From: Acidobacteriota bacterium
Lineage (GTDB): Bacteria > Acidobacteriota > Polarisedimenticolia > JAPUKU01
NCBI GenBank assembly: GCA_027295505.1
Contig: JAPUKU010000084.1
Coordinates: 5,926 to 69,925, forward strand
DNA length: 64,000 nt
Reading direction: 5' to 3'
Of the stretch, positions 39,972 through 55,414 are shown piece after piece. A program made the translations under genes and the position numbers. The notes below the pieces were generated by a model that saw only the letters and a list, made by a program, of their open reading frames with translations, had not been told where the DNA came from and did no database searches. The first letter of the stretch is position 1. Each line of letters begins with the position of its first letter.

Positions 39972-40750
39972 CCGTCCGCGCCGCCAGAGGGTCTCGGGCG
40001 GATCGTGATTTTCTTGAGAAATCCGTCCCCTTCGCTCTCGGTCATGAGGGCGGGATCATCGCGGAGGGCGAGATGCACCAGACGGCGTTCGTACGAATTG
40101 AGCGGCTCGGTCGAAACCTCCACACCGTCCTGCTTTACTTTCTCCGCGGAGCGCTGCGCCATCTTTACAAGCTCTTCCTCCCGTCGCTTGCGATAGCCGA
40201 GGCTATCCACGCGGATGCGGGCGCGCCGGCCGAGACCGCGCAACACCATCTTGCTGATGACATGTTCGAGTGCAGAAAGACCCTCTCCCTTGCTACCTGT
40301 CAGCAACTCGGCATCCGGTCCTTCAATAGTGATGCGATCAGTGTTGTCCTCTGAACTTATGTCCACGGAGAGATCCAGTCCGCTCGCCGCCACCAGGGCC
40401 TCCACCATTTCGGTCAGGTTCGGGTAACGGGGCGTGCCGGTCCATGGCTCCTGAGTTCCGGCGTCGTCACGGCGGGGCTCACGGGGAGCGGGCTGGCGCT
40501 GCGGCGGATCAAATCGGCGGGGCGGGGGAGTTGACGCCCGCGGGGATTCGGCCATCTTTTCCTCTGCAGCGCCGGCGGGGTCCGGCTTCGCCGCTCCCTT
40601 GCCCAGCGGCTCAACCCGTATGCGGACCTGGCCGGGTGACTGCTGCAGTACCTCAAACTCCAGATCTTCGGGCTCCACTCCCAGGTCCTGGGACGCGAGG
40701 AAAAGGGCGTGATCAACACTCTTTCCTTCGAACTCTCGATTGTCCATCAT
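39968..40750 (-). CDS. jag: Jag/KhpB RNA-binding protein (Jag_N, KH, R3H).
   Basis: The N-terminus reads MMDNREFEGKSVDHALFLASQDLGVEPEDLEFEVL. The R3H motif is YERRLVHLALRD. A Pro/Arg-rich low-complexity linker separates them. Confidence 0.75.
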   Translation of the reverse strand: MMDNREFEGKSVDHALFLASQDLGVEPEDLEFEVLQQSPGQVRIRVEPLGKGAAKPDPAGAAEEKMAESPRASTPPPRRFDPPQRQPAPREPRRDDAGTQEPWTGTPRYPNLTEMVEALVAASGLDLSVDISSEDNTDRITIEGPDAELLTGSKGEGLSALEHVISKMVLRGLGRRARIRVDSLGYRKRREEELVKMAQRSAEKVKQDGVEVSTEPLNSYERRLVHLALRDDPALMTESEGDGFLKKITIRPRPSGGADG

Positions 40751-40775
40751 TCAATCCTCGCGAGCCAAGGATCGT

Positions 40776-42473
40776 TCACACTCGCTTCACTGCGGCGCGC
40801 CCGCGGGCCGGGGATGGGTCCGTGGCATCCGCCTGCCGGTTGATCAGATACTGCTGGCCGATGCTGAGTATGTTGTTGACGAGCCAGTATAACACCAGGC
40901 CACTGGGGAAGTTCCAGAACATGACCGTCATCACCACCGGCATGGCACTCATCATCCAGCGCTGCGTCGGATCCGGGCTCACTGTTCCGCTCAGGCGTTG
41001 CTGGAACCACATCGAGGCGCCCATCATGAGCGGCAGCGTTCTAAATAATACGGACTGCTCGGGCGCTGACAAATCGACCAGGTACAGGAAGGGGGTCAGT
41101 CTCAGCTCGATGGCAAGAGAGAGCAGCCTGTAGAACCCAAACAGAATGGGCATCTGCAGGAGTAGCGGCATGCAGCCCTTCATGCTCGCCATCGGGTTGA
41201 CGTTCTCCTTGCGATACAGCGCCATGATCTCCTGCTGCATTTCGGTGCGGTTCTGGATCTTCTTTTCCTTGCGCGCAAATCGATCCTTGATGTGCTGGAT
41301 CTTCGGCTGTAGCCGTTTCATCTGCTTCTGCACCTTCCGCATCGAAACCATTGAGCGCTGGGTGATGGGGTAGAACACCAGCTTGATGATCACGGTGAGG
41401 ATGATGATGGCCAGCCCGTAGCTGTCGTTGGTCCATCCGTATACCTTCTTGAGAGCCCAGAAGAGCGCCAGGACGATGACTTCAAAGTAGCCGTAATCGA
41501 TGAGGCTCTGGAGTCCAAGGCCGTAATCCTGGTCGATCCGGCCCAGGAGATCGTAGCTCTTAGGGCCCACGAACAGGTATGCGGTTCCGTCCCCGTCCGG
41601 CTTCCACGCAATGCCTACTTCCTGCGCTCGCCCTTCCTCACGCTCGCGGCCGTAGAAAGTGAAGTGCCCCGACCTGTCGTAGGGTGCGATGACGGCCGCG
41701 AAATAGTGTCCCTCGATTCCGCCCCAATCCGCCGGGCGATCCGCGTCCTGCCAGTCACCCGCATCTCCCGCCGTTATGCGTTCGACGCTTCCCGAGCGGG
41801 CCACCGCCACACGGACATCCTGCGACATTCGTCCGAGCCCACTGGAGCCCTCGTCGCGGATCAATCCAGGAGCCCAGGCCAGGTACGGCACCGGGCCTCG
41901 TTGATCGCTAGCACGGTATTCGATCCGCGCGACATACCCTTCATCCGGAAGGGTCAGGGTTTTGTCGATTTTCTCGCCCCTTCCGTCCGACCAGCTGCAG
42001 CGAATCCTTTTCCCATCCGAAATTGTTTCGGGATCGGTGCAAACGTAGAGTGCCTCGTTGAGCCGTTTCGTGCGCGCCTCGTCGCCGGGCACCACGAGCT
42101 CGAACGGAAGCCCGCGTTCCTCGTCGCCGGGCACCACGAGCTCGAGCGGATGCCCCTCGGGTCCCAGGTAATCGAGGAGGCGCCAGCTGAGAATGCGCGC
42201 GCCGACGTTGGTAATCTTCACCCGGGCCGTGCGGCTTTCGAGGATCAGAATCTGCTCGGTATCAGCCTGAGTGGACGGGAAGATTGGCGTCGACGAATCC
42301 GGCGGCGGAGCGGGCGCCACCTCGAGATCGGCGACCGGCTCGCGCATCGCAGGAGCCTGCGGCGAGGACGGTGGAGGACGCTCCGGGGGCCGTGGAGCAT
42401 ACCAACTGGTCCACGCCCACAGCACGCCCAGGGAAAGAGCGGTGGCGATTAGCGCGCGTCTGGAATCAGTCAC
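40776..42473 (-). CDS. yidC: Membrane protein insertase YidC.
   Basis: There is an N-terminal TM segment and a large periplasmic domain. The conserved C-terminal core reads GWTNDSYGLAIIILTVIIKLVFYPIT...LQMPILFGFY. Confidence 0.85.
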   Translation of the reverse strand: MTDSRRALIATALSLGVLWAWTSWYAPRPPERPPPSSPQAPAMREPVADLEVAPAPPPDSSTPIFPSTQADTEQILILESRTARVKITNVGARILSWRLLDYLGPEGHPLELVVPGDEERGLPFELVVPGDEARTKRLNEALYVCTDPETISDGKRIRCSWSDGRGEKIDKTLTLPDEGYVARIEYRASDQRGPVPYLAWAPGLIRDEGSSGLGRMSQDVRVAVARSGSVERITAGDAGDWQDADRPADWGGIEGHYFAAVIAPYDRSGHFTFYGREREEGRAQEVGIAWKPDGDGTAYLFVGPKSYDLLGRIDQDYGLGLQSLIDYGYFEVIVLALFWALKKVYGWTNDSYGLAIIILTVIIKLVFYPITQRSMVSMRKVQKQMKRLQPKIQHIKDRFARKEKKIQNRTEMQQEIMALYRKENVNPMASMKGCMPLLLQMPILFGFYRLLSLAIELRLTPFLYLVDLSAPEQSVLFRTLPLMMGASMWFQQRLSGTVSPDPTQRWMMSAMPVVMTVMFWNFPSGLVLYWLVNNILSIGQQYLINRQADATDPSPARGRAAVKRV

Positions 42474-42479
42474 GGAATC

Positions 42480-42674
42480 TTACTTCACCGGGTCGTAACC
42501 ACCCCGTGTCAGTGGGTGGCAGCGCAACAGGCGGCGCGCCGTGACCCAGGCCGCACGCGGAATGGAGTAGATCTCAAACGCCTGCCTGCTGTACTCCGAA
42601 CACGAGGGCATGAACCTGCACGCCGACGGCAGGTAGGGGGACACAGCCACCTGATAGAGGCGCAGAATCCACAT
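42480..42674 (-). CDS. yidD: Membrane protein insertion efficiency factor YidD (64 aa). It is embedded in the 148-aa track ORF 42480..42926.
   Basis: MWILRLYQVAVSPYLPSACRFMPSCSEYSRQAFEIYSIPRAAWVTARRLLRCHPLTRGGYDPV is the canonical YidD sequence. The upstream 84 codons of the track ORF overlap rnpA out of frame. Confidence 0.7.
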   Translation of the reverse strand: MWILRLYQVAVSPYLPSACRFMPSCSEYSRQAFEIYSIPRAAWVTARRLLRCHPLTRGGYDPVK

Positions 42675-42681
42675 TGCCAGC

Positions 42682-43053
42682 CTACCGATGGGGCCCGGCC
42701 GGCGTCGTGAGGAGGCGCTGGGTGGCTTTTGCGAGCTCCTCACAAAGCTGCTTGTAGGTCGCGCGCACGATGGCAGGGCGCGCGTTGATGATGAGGTCGA
42801 GTTCACTGTCGCGGATGAGGGAGCAGTGCCGGTATGCTTCTCGGATGAGCCGCTTGGCCCTGTTGCGCACCACAGCTCCTCCGACCTTCGACGAGACTGT
42901 AACCCCCAGCCGTGGCCTGGCTGCACCGGCCTTGAGGGCGTAAACCACTAGACTGCGGGTGCCGACTTTTCTTCCCAGCCGGTAGAGCCGAAGGAACTCG
43001 CCCCGCTTGCGAATTCTGCGCTCGCGGCCAAGTCCTCGAGAGCGGGGCACCAC
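42682..43053 (-). CDS. rnpA: RNase P protein component.
   Basis: LGRKVGTRSLVVYALKAGAARPRLGVTVSSKVGGAVVRNRAKRLIREAYR. Confidence 0.85.
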   Translation of the reverse strand: MVPRSRGLGRERRIRKRGEFLRLYRLGRKVGTRSLVVYALKAGAARPRLGVTVSSKVGGAVVRNRAKRLIREAYRHCSLIRDSELDLIINARPAIVRATYKQLCEELAKATQRLLTTPAGPHR

Positions 43054-43056
43054 ACA

Positions 43057-43191
43057 CTACACCGTCAGGCGCCACCGCCCCTTACGGCGCCGCCGCGAGA
43101 GCACTTTCCGGCCGTTCCGGCTCGCCATGCGGGAGCGGAAGCCGTGGGTCTTTTTGCGGTGGCGATTGTTGGGTTGATAGGTCCGCTTCAC
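43057..43191 (-). CDS. rpmH: 50S ribosomal protein L34 (44 aa, GTG start). It is absent from the ORF track because it is shorter than 60 aa.
   Basis: My manual translation gives (V)[43 protein letters not shown]. Confidence 0.85.
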   Translation of the reverse strand: MKRTYQPNNRHRKKTHGFRSRMASRNGRKVLSRRRRKGRWRLTV

Positions 43192-43629
43192 GGTCAATCC
43201 TATGGATCATTGGTACAAACAGTGGAGTTTATGGGAATAGGCTGCAGTGTGTCAAGAAATGCGCGCCCCTATGACCTTCGGTTGCTTCCGAGGCCCGGGT
43301 TTTTTCGCTCCGGCCCCCTGAAAATCGATTGCGAACCCCTGATCCGTATGCTAGTATCCGGCCGCGCTTAGGTTCCCCAAACAAGCACTTCCCTGAGACC
43401 CTGGTCTAACGAGGGTGGCGGTAGTTTTGTCTCTGAACGGATGGCTGTTGGACGATGAGTAGACTGCGCGCGTCTGAGCTTCTGGATCAGTGCATTGTGC
43501 AATGGATGGTGGCAGTGTATGAGGGAGACCACTAGATGCGGGAGTTAGTGTTTAAGTTGCTCAACCCCCATCATTTACGGCTCCGTGGGCAGAATCCCCA
43601 AACTGCAAAGGCACTTAGGTAGCTCCGCT

Positions 43630-43659
43630 TTTTCCACAACTGTTGAAAAGGTGTGGAAA
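43630..43659. promoter_or_regulatory. Inverted pair of DnaA-box-like 9-mers (TTTTCCACA ... TGTGGAAAT) immediately upstream of dnaA.
   Basis: Each is 1-2 mismatches from TTATCCACA. They lie in a ~440-bp lower-GC spacer between rpmH and dnaA. This could be dnaA autoregulatory boxes or one half of a bipartite origin. Confidence 0.35.
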
Positions 43660-43735
43660 TGACCATACGTCACCAGTTTCATCCAAACTTGAAAAATCTG
43701 CTCTGGACGTCCGTTTCCTGCTAGGGAGGAGTGCG

Positions 43736-45058
43736 GTGAACCTCTGGGACAGGATCCTTTCGCACATCGAGCCGAAGATCAACCCGCAGACCTTCTCCAC
43801 CTGGCTCAAGCCGACACAGATGCTGTCGCTCGATCCGCACCACATCAGGGTGGCCGTGCCGAGCGAATTGTTCGCGAACTGGATCCGGCAGAACTACCTC
43901 AACCTCATTCTGGAAACGCTCCGCGAGCTACAGGCGCCACAAAACGACATCTTATTCTGTCCCGAGCTGTTGAAGGCCCGGCCGCCCATTACGCTGGCAT
44001 CTCCATCCCCGCCACCCACGGCCGCCGAGGAACCACCGCTCGCGGGAAACCTCACACCACGTTACCGCTTCGAGTCGTTCGTCGTTAGCTCCTGCAACCA
44101 GTTCGCGCACGCCGCTGCGCGTGCCGTGGCCGAGTTGCCGTCCACTGCCTACAACCCGCTGTATATCTATGGTGGGGTCGGCCTTGGAAAGACCCACCTC
44201 ATGCACGCCATCGGTAACCACGTGCGAACCACCAACAAGCGGCTGCGCTATCGCTACATCTCGAGTGAGACGTTTATGAACGAGCTCATCAACGCCATCC
44301 GCTTCGAGAAGACGCTCGATTTCAAGGAAAAGTACCGTAACGTAGACCTGCTGCTCATCGATGACATCCAGTTTCTTGCCGGCAAAGAGCGCACGCAAGA
44401 GGAGTTCTTCCACACCTTCAACGCGCTCTACGAATCCCAGAAGCAGATCGTGATCACCAGCGACTGCCCCCCACGGGAGATTCCAACCCTGGAGGAGCGC
44501 CTGCGTTCACGCTTCGAGTGGGGGCTCATCGCGGACATTCAGCCACCCGACCTCGAGACCAAGATCGCCATCCTTCGCAAGAAAGCTGAGAGCGATGGTG
44601 TCGAGCTGCCAAGCGATGTCGCCCTATTCATCGCCACCAAGATCAAGTCAAACATCCGTGAGCTCGAGGGCTCCCTGATCCGTGTAGTCGCTTTTGCCTC
44701 CCTGACCGGACGCGAGCTCTCACTTGACCTGGCCCAGGAGACGCTGAAGGATCTGCTCAGCGATCGCAGCCAGATAGCGACCATCGATCAGATCCAGAGG
44801 CACGTCTCCAACTACTATCAGCTCAAGGTCTCCGAGTTGAAATCCAAGAGCAACACCAGGATGATCTCCTTTCCTCGACAGATTGCTATGTACCTGTGCA
44901 AATCTCTCACTGATGCCTCTCTTCCGGAGATCGGCCGCCGGATGGGAGGGAAGCACCACTCAACCGTCCTTCATTCAATTCGCAAGATCGGTGACAAGCG
45001 CAAAGCCGACAAGGATTTCGATCGCTTGTTACGCAGCTTTGTGGAGTCCCTACAGTAA
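43736..45058 (+). CDS. dnaA: Chromosomal replication initiator DnaA (GTG start; the track ORF begins at 43643).
   Basis: (V)[25 protein letters not shown], the AAA+ motif [16 protein letters not shown] and the C-terminal DNA-binding domain are present. GGGAGGAG lies 5 nt upstream of the GTG. Confidence 0.95.
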   Translation: MNLWDRILSHIEPKINPQTFSTWLKPTQMLSLDPHHIRVAVPSELFANWIRQNYLNLILETLRELQAPQNDILFCPELLKARPPITLASPSPPPTAAEEPPLAGNLTPRYRFESFVVSSCNQFAHAAARAVAELPSTAYNPLYIYGGVGLGKTHLMHAIGNHVRTTNKRLRYRYISSETFMNELINAIRFEKTLDFKEKYRNVDLLLIDDIQFLAGKERTQEEFFHTFNALYESQKQIVITSDCPPREIPTLEERLRSRFEWGLIADIQPPDLETKIAILRKKAESDGVELPSDVALFIATKIKSNIRELEGSLIRVVAFASLTGRELSLDLAQETLKDLLSDRSQIATIDQIQRHVSNYYQLKVSELKSKSNTRMISFPRQIAMYLCKSLTDASLPEIGRRMGGKHHSTVLHSIRKIGDKRKADKDFDRLLRSFVESLQ

Positions 45059-45325
45059 TGCACATTTTTTTAAACAAATTTATCCCCACCTACAGCAGGT
45101 CCTCACGCTCTCCACAGAGTATCCACAGACCGATCACCGTAATTCGAAAGCTTTACCACTCGAAATCCGGCTCCTTCTTTACAGCGTAAAACACTTAAAT
45201 ATAATGGTTTACAAACATTATTAATTTTTTCACAGGCTTACTACTACTACTGCTTCAAGAGGATATAAGATCAAAGATTAGTTAAAACAGGGCCTGTGGA
45301 TTCACACGAAATCTTGGAGGACATC
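45059..45325. other. Candidate oriC in the dnaA-dnaN spacer: AT-rich unwinding element plus DnaA-box-like 9-mers.
   Basis: Boxes are TTATCCCCA (45080-45088), GTATCCACA (45119-45127) and TGTGGATTC (45295-45303). The AT-rich run ttaaatataatggtttacaaacattattaattttttcac is at ~45195-45233. Coding-strand polarity switches here. Confidence 0.5.
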
Positions 45326-46468
45326 ATGCATTTTCGTATTCCGCAATCTTCGTTTCTCAAGCTTCTACAGGCTGTCCATGGCGTGGTGGAGCGAAAGAAC
45401 ACGATGCGCATTCTCGAGTGTATCCTGGTCGAGGCTGACAAAGAGGGCCTGCAAATCCTTGCGACCGATCTGGACGTTGGAGTGAAGCAGAGAGGAGATG
45501 CGGAAGTGCTGGAGCCCGGTGCTGTGTGCATTCCGGCTCGCAAGCTCCTTGATATTACCAGGCTCCTTCCTTCGGAAAGTGTCGATGTCAATATAAAAGA
45601 TGGAAATCGCATTGAATTGCGCTGTGGGGCATCTGTTTTCAGGATCAACGGACTTTCCAAGGAAGAGTTTCCAACTCTGCCGCAGGTGGAGGAGGCTCAG
45701 AAGCTCAGCTTTCCGAGAAATGATCTGGGAGACATGATCAAGCGTGTGGTTTTTGCGATCACCAACGATGACAGCCGCTATGCTCTGAACGGCTGTTTGT
45801 TGACGGTCTGTAAAGGATCGCTTCGTATGGTTGCCTCTGACGGACACCGGTTGGCACTGGTGGAGAAGAAGGTTGACTCGCTTGACCCTGGATCAAAGAA
45901 TATCGAGGTTATTGTTCCCAAGAAAGCGCTCGGTGAGTTGCAGCGCCTATGTGCCGACGAGGAGGCAGAAAACGTAGAGTTTGCGCGCAAGGACAACCAG
46001 GTTGTATTCCAGTGCGGAAGGAGAACTTTGATCAGCCGTCTGCTCGAGGGGCAGTTCCCGAACTATGAGCGTGTGATCCCAAAGGAAAACGTTTTCGGTT
46101 TCGAGGTGTCAACGGAGCAGCTGGGTGCGGCGTTGAAGAGGGTGGCGCTGCTTGCGAGTGAACATTCGCGGGCGGTACGCTTGGCGGTTGCGCCGGGGAA
46201 GGTGGAGCTGAGTGCCAGCACACCGGAGCAGGGTGAAGCAAGGGAAGAGCTAAAGGTTGCCTACGAGGGTGATCGGATTCACGTTGGCTTCAACGTACGA
46301 TACCTGCTTGATTTCGTGTCGGCTGTGGGAAGTGATGAGGTTCGTTTATCACTGAGGGACAAGGACACCCAGGGGTTACTCACACCGGTGGGGCTCAAGA
46401 ACGAAGATTATCGCTATGTCATCATGCCGATGCGTCTCGAGGAGTCGGCTGATGAAGCCACGAGTTGA
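45326..46468 (+). CDS. dnaN: DNA polymerase III beta sliding clamp (ATG at 45326 with GGAGG 6 nt upstream; the track ORF starts at 45296).
   Basis: MHFRIPQSSFLKLLQAVHGVVERKNTMRILECILVEA... It has three-domain clamp length. Confidence 0.9.
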   Translation: MHFRIPQSSFLKLLQAVHGVVERKNTMRILECILVEADKEGLQILATDLDVGVKQRGDAEVLEPGAVCIPARKLLDITRLLPSESVDVNIKDGNRIELRCGASVFRINGLSKEEFPTLPQVEEAQKLSFPRNDLGDMIKRVVFAITNDDSRYALNGCLLTVCKGSLRMVASDGHRLALVEKKVDSLDPGSKNIEVIVPKKALGELQRLCADEEAENVEFARKDNQVVFQCGRRTLISRLLEGQFPNYERVIPKENVFGFEVSTEQLGAALKRVALLASEHSRAVRLAVAPGKVELSASTPEQGEAREELKVAYEGDRIHVGFNVRYLLDFVSAVGSDEVRLSLRDKDTQGLLTPVGLKNEDYRYVIMPMRLEESADEATS

Positions 46469-46612
46469 GGTGTTTGGAACCCCCCTACTAGACACCTCAT
46501 TAAGGTAGACTTCAGAGAGGCCTGGTAGAGAATGAGAGCCTATCCGGAGGCCCCAGAATTCCCCTTTTTCCAGGGTTATTTCAGGCCCCACAAAAACTCC
46601 TGATCTGTTAGA

Positions 46613-49332
<2,720 letters not shown>

Positions 49333-49394
49333 CCCCGCCGCGAAGACCTAGCGAGCGGAACCCTGACGTGACCACCGAAGCATAGCTGAACCCT

Positions 49395-51914
49395 ATGGAA
49401 GAAATTGCCAAAGAAAAAATCCCGGTAAATATTGAGGACGAGATGCGCAAGTCGTATCTCGACTATGCGATGAGTGTGATCATCGGGCGCGCCCTGCCGG
49501 ACGTGCGTGATGGCCTCAAACCGGTTCACCGGCGGGTGCTGTATGCCATGTATGACACCAGCAACCACTGGGACAAGCCTTACCGTAAGTGTGCCAAGGT
49601 AGTGGGAGAGGTTCTGGGTAAATACCATCCCCACGGCGATGCGGCCGTGTACGACACGCTGGTTCGCATGGCTCAGAATTTCTCGCTGCGCTATCCGCTC
49701 ATCGACGGGCAGGGGAACTTCGGATCAATCGATGGAGATCCTCCGGCCGCCATGCGGTACACGGAAACGCGCATAGCAAAGGTGGCGCACGAGATCCTTG
49801 CTGACATCGACAAGGAAACCGTCGACTTCATCCCCAACTACGACGGCTCAGAAGCCGAGCCAGTGGTCCTGCCGACCCGTCTGCCCAACCTGCTCGTCAA
49901 CGGTTCGTCCGGCATCGCCGTCGGCATGGCCACAAACATCCCGCCCCACAATCTAGGCGAGGTGGTGGACGCCCTCATCCTGCAGATCCAGAACCCCGGC
50001 ACGACACTCGAGGAGCTGATGAAGGTTCTGCCGGGCCCGGATTTTCCAACGGCCGCATTCCTGCACGGCACGGATGGGATCCGCCAGGCCTATGCCACGG
50101 GTCGGGGCATCCTGCAGATGCGGGCCCGCACGGAAATCGAAGCGGTCCCAAAGAAAAACCGAGAGAACATTGTCATCTCCGAACTCCCGTACCAGGTCAA
50201 CAAGGCACGCCTGGTGGAATCCATCGCCGCGCTCGTCAACGACAGGAAGATCGAAGGCATTTCCGATATCCGTGACGAGTCGGACCGCGATGGAATCCGA
50301 GTCGTGATCGAGCTGCGGCGTGGCGAAGTGGCCCAGGTCATCTTGAACAATCTCTACGCCCAGACGCAGATGCAGGAGACTTTCGGGGTGATCTTCCTGG
50401 GCATCGTGAACCAGCAACCACGAGTCTTCACGCTCAAGGAGATGCTGCATCACTTCATAGAGCACCGCAAGGAAGTGGTGGTGCGGCGCACGCAGTACGA
50501 GCTGCGGCAGGCTGAAGATCGGGCCCATGTCCTGGAGGGGCTGAAAATCGCCCTCGACAAGCTGGATGAGGTGATTGCCCTCATCCGCTCTGCCAAGGCG
50601 CCGGCGGAGGCGAAGGAGCACTTGCGGTTGCGCTTCAAGCTGAGCAACCGCCAGGCCCAGGCCATCCTAGATATGCGGCTGCAGCGCCTGACCGGACTCG
50701 AAAGAGACAAGATCCTCCAGGAGTATGAGGCTACGCTCAAGATCATTGCGGAGCTCAAGCAGATTCTCCGCTCGGAGCAAGAGGTTCTCGACATCATCGT
50801 GGAGGAGCTGCGCCACATCAGGGAAGAATACGCGGATAAACGGCGCACAGAGATCATCAAGGAAGTACAGCGGTTCTCGATTGAGGACATGATCGCTGAC
50901 GAGGACATGGTGATCACGTGCTCGTACAACGGCTACGTGAAGCGCAGCCCCCTGTCTGCCTACCGCGCTCAGCGGCGCGGCGGCAAGGGGCGCATTGGCA
51001 TGACCACAAAGGGCGAGGACTTTGTCCAGCATTTGTTCGTCGCCTCGACCCATGATTACATCCTCGTCTTCACGAGCAGGGGGCGGGTGCACTGGTTGAA
51101 AGTGCATGAGCTTCCGCAGATCGGCCCCACTGGCAAGGGCAGACCCATCGTCAACCTGCTGAACCTGACGGAGAACGAGAAGATCGCTGCACTGCTCGCT
51201 GTGAGGGATTTTGATCCGGGGCGTTTCGTGATCATGGCTACGAAGCGTGGGATCATCAAGAAGACCGAGCTCTCCGCGTACTCCAACCTGCGCAGCGGCG
51301 GAATCATCGCCCTGTCCCTGGACGAGGGTGATGATGTGCTCTCCGTCAAGCTCACCGACGGATCTCAGGAGATCTTCTTGGCCAGCTGTGACGGCAAGTC
51401 AATCCGCTTCCCAGAGACAGATGTCAGGCCGATGGGCCGGACGGCGCGCGGCGTGCGCGGCATGATGCTCCGGAAGAAGGACAAGCTGGTCATGATGGAA
51501 GTGCTGGGCCGGGAGGTCAGCGGCGACATCCTGACCGTCTGTGGCAAGGGATTCGGAAAGCGCACGCCGCTCGAGGATTACCGCGTTCAGAGCCGGGGCG
51601 GCAAGGGAATCATCAACATTCGTGTAACTGCCAAGAACGGGCCAGCGGTGGGCGTAGGCCAGGTGAATGACGGAGATGAAGTGATGATCGTCACCCAGGC
51701 CGGCAAGATCATCCGTGCCAAGCTCGACGGTGTCAGCCGCATCGGTCGCGCCACCCAGGGCGTCCGTCTGATCCAGCTCGACGAGGGGGACACCGTCATA
51801 TCCGTCGTAAGGCTGGCGGAACGCGACGACGAAGTAAACGGTGCTTCTGAGGACACCCTCTCCGATAGCGGCAATGGCAGCGACAAATCTGCTCCCGACC
51901 AGGGGCAGGCCTGA
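49395..51914 (+). CDS. gyrA: DNA gyrase subunit A.
   Basis: [30 protein letters not shown] is followed by the QRDR region AAMRYTE. C-terminal beta-pinwheel repeats are present. Confidence 0.95.
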   Translation: MEEIAKEKIPVNIEDEMRKSYLDYAMSVIIGRALPDVRDGLKPVHRRVLYAMYDTSNHWDKPYRKCAKVVGEVLGKYHPHGDAAVYDTLVRMAQNFSLRYPLIDGQGNFGSIDGDPPAAMRYTETRIAKVAHEILADIDKETVDFIPNYDGSEAEPVVLPTRLPNLLVNGSSGIAVGMATNIPPHNLGEVVDALILQIQNPGTTLEELMKVLPGPDFPTAAFLHGTDGIRQAYATGRGILQMRARTEIEAVPKKNRENIVISELPYQVNKARLVESIAALVNDRKIEGISDIRDESDRDGIRVVIELRRGEVAQVILNNLYAQTQMQETFGVIFLGIVNQQPRVFTLKEMLHHFIEHRKEVVVRRTQYELRQAEDRAHVLEGLKIALDKLDEVIALIRSAKAPAEAKEHLRLRFKLSNRQAQAILDMRLQRLTGLERDKILQEYEATLKIIAELKQILRSEQEVLDIIVEELRHIREEYADKRRTEIIKEVQRFSIEDMIADEDMVITCSYNGYVKRSPLSAYRAQRRGGKGRIGMTTKGEDFVQHLFVASTHDYILVFTSRGRVHWLKVHELPQIGPTGKGRPIVNLLNLTENEKIAALLAVRDFDPGRFVIMATKRGIIKKTELSAYSNLRSGGIIALSLDEGDDVLSVKLTDGSQEIFLASCDGKSIRFPETDVRPMGRTARGVRGMMLRKKDKLVMMEVLGREVSGDILTVCGKGFGKRTPLEDYRVQSRGGKGIINIRVTAKNGPAVGVGQVNDGDEVMIVTQAGKIIRAKLDGVSRIGRATQGVRLIQLDEGDTVISVVRLAERDDEVNGASEDTLSDSGNGSDKSAPDQGQA

Positions 51915-51944
51915 CCGCGGATCCCAACCACTGCCGAGGCGCCG

Positions 51945-53591
51945 ATGTCGAACCATCCACGCGGGCGAAGAAAATCGGCTACCCGGGGGACCGCATCCAA
52001 ACGCACATCCTCCGCTAAAACCGGGCCGAGACGGGGACCGGTCGACCCGGCGGATCCCGGTGCCGAGCTGCGCCGGCGCATCGAGCAGGCCGAAACCGGT
52101 GGCGGTCCCGAGCGCGTCAGACGCCAGCACGAATCCGGCAAGCTCACTGCCCGTGAGCGCGTTCACGCCCTCGTTGATCCCGGAACCTTTGAAGAGATGG
52201 ACAAGCTCGTCCTGCACCGGTGCAATGACTTCGGCATGAGTGCCAAGCACATCCCCGGTGACGGCGTGGTTACCGGACATGGCATGGTAGACGCACGGCC
52301 GGTCTTTCTGTTTGCGCAGGACTTCACCGTCTTCGGTGGCTCGCTGAGTGAAGCGTACGCGCAAAAGATCTGCAAGGTCATGGATCTGGCGATGAAAGTC
52401 GGAGTGCCGATCGTCGGGTTGTGCGACAGCGGTGGCGCGCGCATCCAGGAGGGTGTGGTGAGCCTCGCCGGATACGCTGACATCTTCCTACGAAACGTGC
52501 TCGCGTCCGGAGTGGTTCCACAGATTTCGGCCATCATGGGACCTTGCGCCGGTGGCTCCGTCTACTCGCCGGCCATAACCGACTTTAACCTCATGGTGGA
52601 GAAGACCTCGTATATGTTCATAACGGGGCCGGAAGTCATCCGGACCGTGACGCATGAAGAAGTCAGCAAGGAGGAGCTGGGAGGGGCCGAGACACATGCG
52701 TCCCGCAGCGGCGTGGCCCACTTCATGGTGCGGGATGATCGTGGTGGCCTGGCTCTGATCCGCCGGCTATTGTCGTTTCTTCCCTCTAACAACATGGAAG
52801 AGGCTCCGCGCCGGCCCACCGATGATGATCCGGAACGCCTGGTTGAAGCTCTCAACCGCCTGATACCGGAGAACCCCAACCACCCGTACGACATCAAGGA
52901 GCTCATACATCTGGTCGTGGACGACCAGCAGTTCCTTGAGGTGCATGAGCGCTTCGCGCGTAACATCGTGGTCGGCTTTGCGCACCTGGGCGGACGTAGC
53001 GTCGGAATCGTCGCCAACCAACCGGCACACCTCGCGGGAACGCTCGACATCGATGGTTCCGTCAAAGCGGCGCGCTTCGTGCGAACCTGCGATGCCTTCA
53101 ACATCCCGCTGATCACATTCGAGGATGTCCCGGGGTTTTTGCCTGGAACAGACCAGGAGTTCCGGGGCATCATCCGGCACGGGGCCAAGCTCCTATACGC
53201 GTTCGCCGAGGCGACGGTGCCAAAGGTGACGGTGGTCACGCGCAAGGCGTACGGCGGGGCATACTGCGTCATGGCTAGCAAGCAGATCCGCGCCGATCTG
53301 AACTACGCGTACCCGAGCGCCGAGTTCGCGGTCATGGGTCCGGAGGGTGCGGTGAATATCCTGTACCGCAAGGAGCTCGAGAGCGCGCGCGACCCCAAGG
53401 CGCTGCGCGAGCAGAAGATCAAGGAATTCCGCAAGAAATTCGCCAACCCGTACGTGGCGGCAGAGCGCGGCTACATTGACGAGGTGATCGAGCCGCATAC
53501 CACACGGCCAAAGTTGATCACCGCGCTCAACCTTCTCGCCAATAAGCGCGACCAGAATCCGCCCCGCAAGCACGGAAACATTCCCCTCTAA
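51945..53591 (+). CDS. Acyl-CoA carboxylase carboxyltransferase (beta) subunit, propionyl-/methylmalonyl-CoA type.
   Basis: [20 protein letters not shown]...[63 protein letters not shown] is characteristic of PccB/AccD5. Confidence 0.85.
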   Translation: MSNHPRGRRKSATRGTASKRTSSAKTGPRRGPVDPADPGAELRRRIEQAETGGGPERVRRQHESGKLTARERVHALVDPGTFEEMDKLVLHRCNDFGMSAKHIPGDGVVTGHGMVDARPVFLFAQDFTVFGGSLSEAYAQKICKVMDLAMKVGVPIVGLCDSGGARIQEGVVSLAGYADIFLRNVLASGVVPQISAIMGPCAGGSVYSPAITDFNLMVEKTSYMFITGPEVIRTVTHEEVSKEELGGAETHASRSGVAHFMVRDDRGGLALIRRLLSFLPSNNMEEAPRRPTDDDPERLVEALNRLIPENPNHPYDIKELIHLVVDDQQFLEVHERFARNIVVGFAHLGGRSVGIVANQPAHLAGTLDIDGSVKAARFVRTCDAFNIPLITFEDVPGFLPGTDQEFRGIIRHGAKLLYAFAEATVPKVTVVTRKAYGGAYCVMASKQIRADLNYAYPSAEFAVMGPEGAVNILYRKELESARDPKALREQKIKEFRKKFANPYVAAERGYIDEVIEPHTTRPKLITALNLLANKRDQNPPRKHGNIPL

Positions 53592-53842
53592 CAGCAAGCT
53601 CGTTGATCTCGGCGAGGGGACAGGGCAGCGTCCCTGTCTCAACACACGGTTGCGTGCAGGCAACGCCTGCGTTCGCCTCTCCCTCGTGCGCCACCCGCAC
53701 CGCGGGTGCCCGGCACACTCAGGTAGGGTCTCTCGCCACGGACGCTGCCCGCCCCTCCGCGTGGGACATTCAGCGATAGCAGTCAAGAGGTCGTGCCACC
53801 CCGTGTCTCGAGGGCGACTGCCGATATAATGGCGCGGAGCCG

Positions 53843-55410
<1,568 letters not shown>

Positions 55411-55414
<4 letters not shown>

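Noticed and set aside
42803-43075. 90-aa minus-strand ORF spanning rnpA/rpmH.
   Set aside because: It is out of frame with both genuine genes (rnpA 42682..43053; rpmH 43057..43191), and its translation is Arg/Pro-rich junk.
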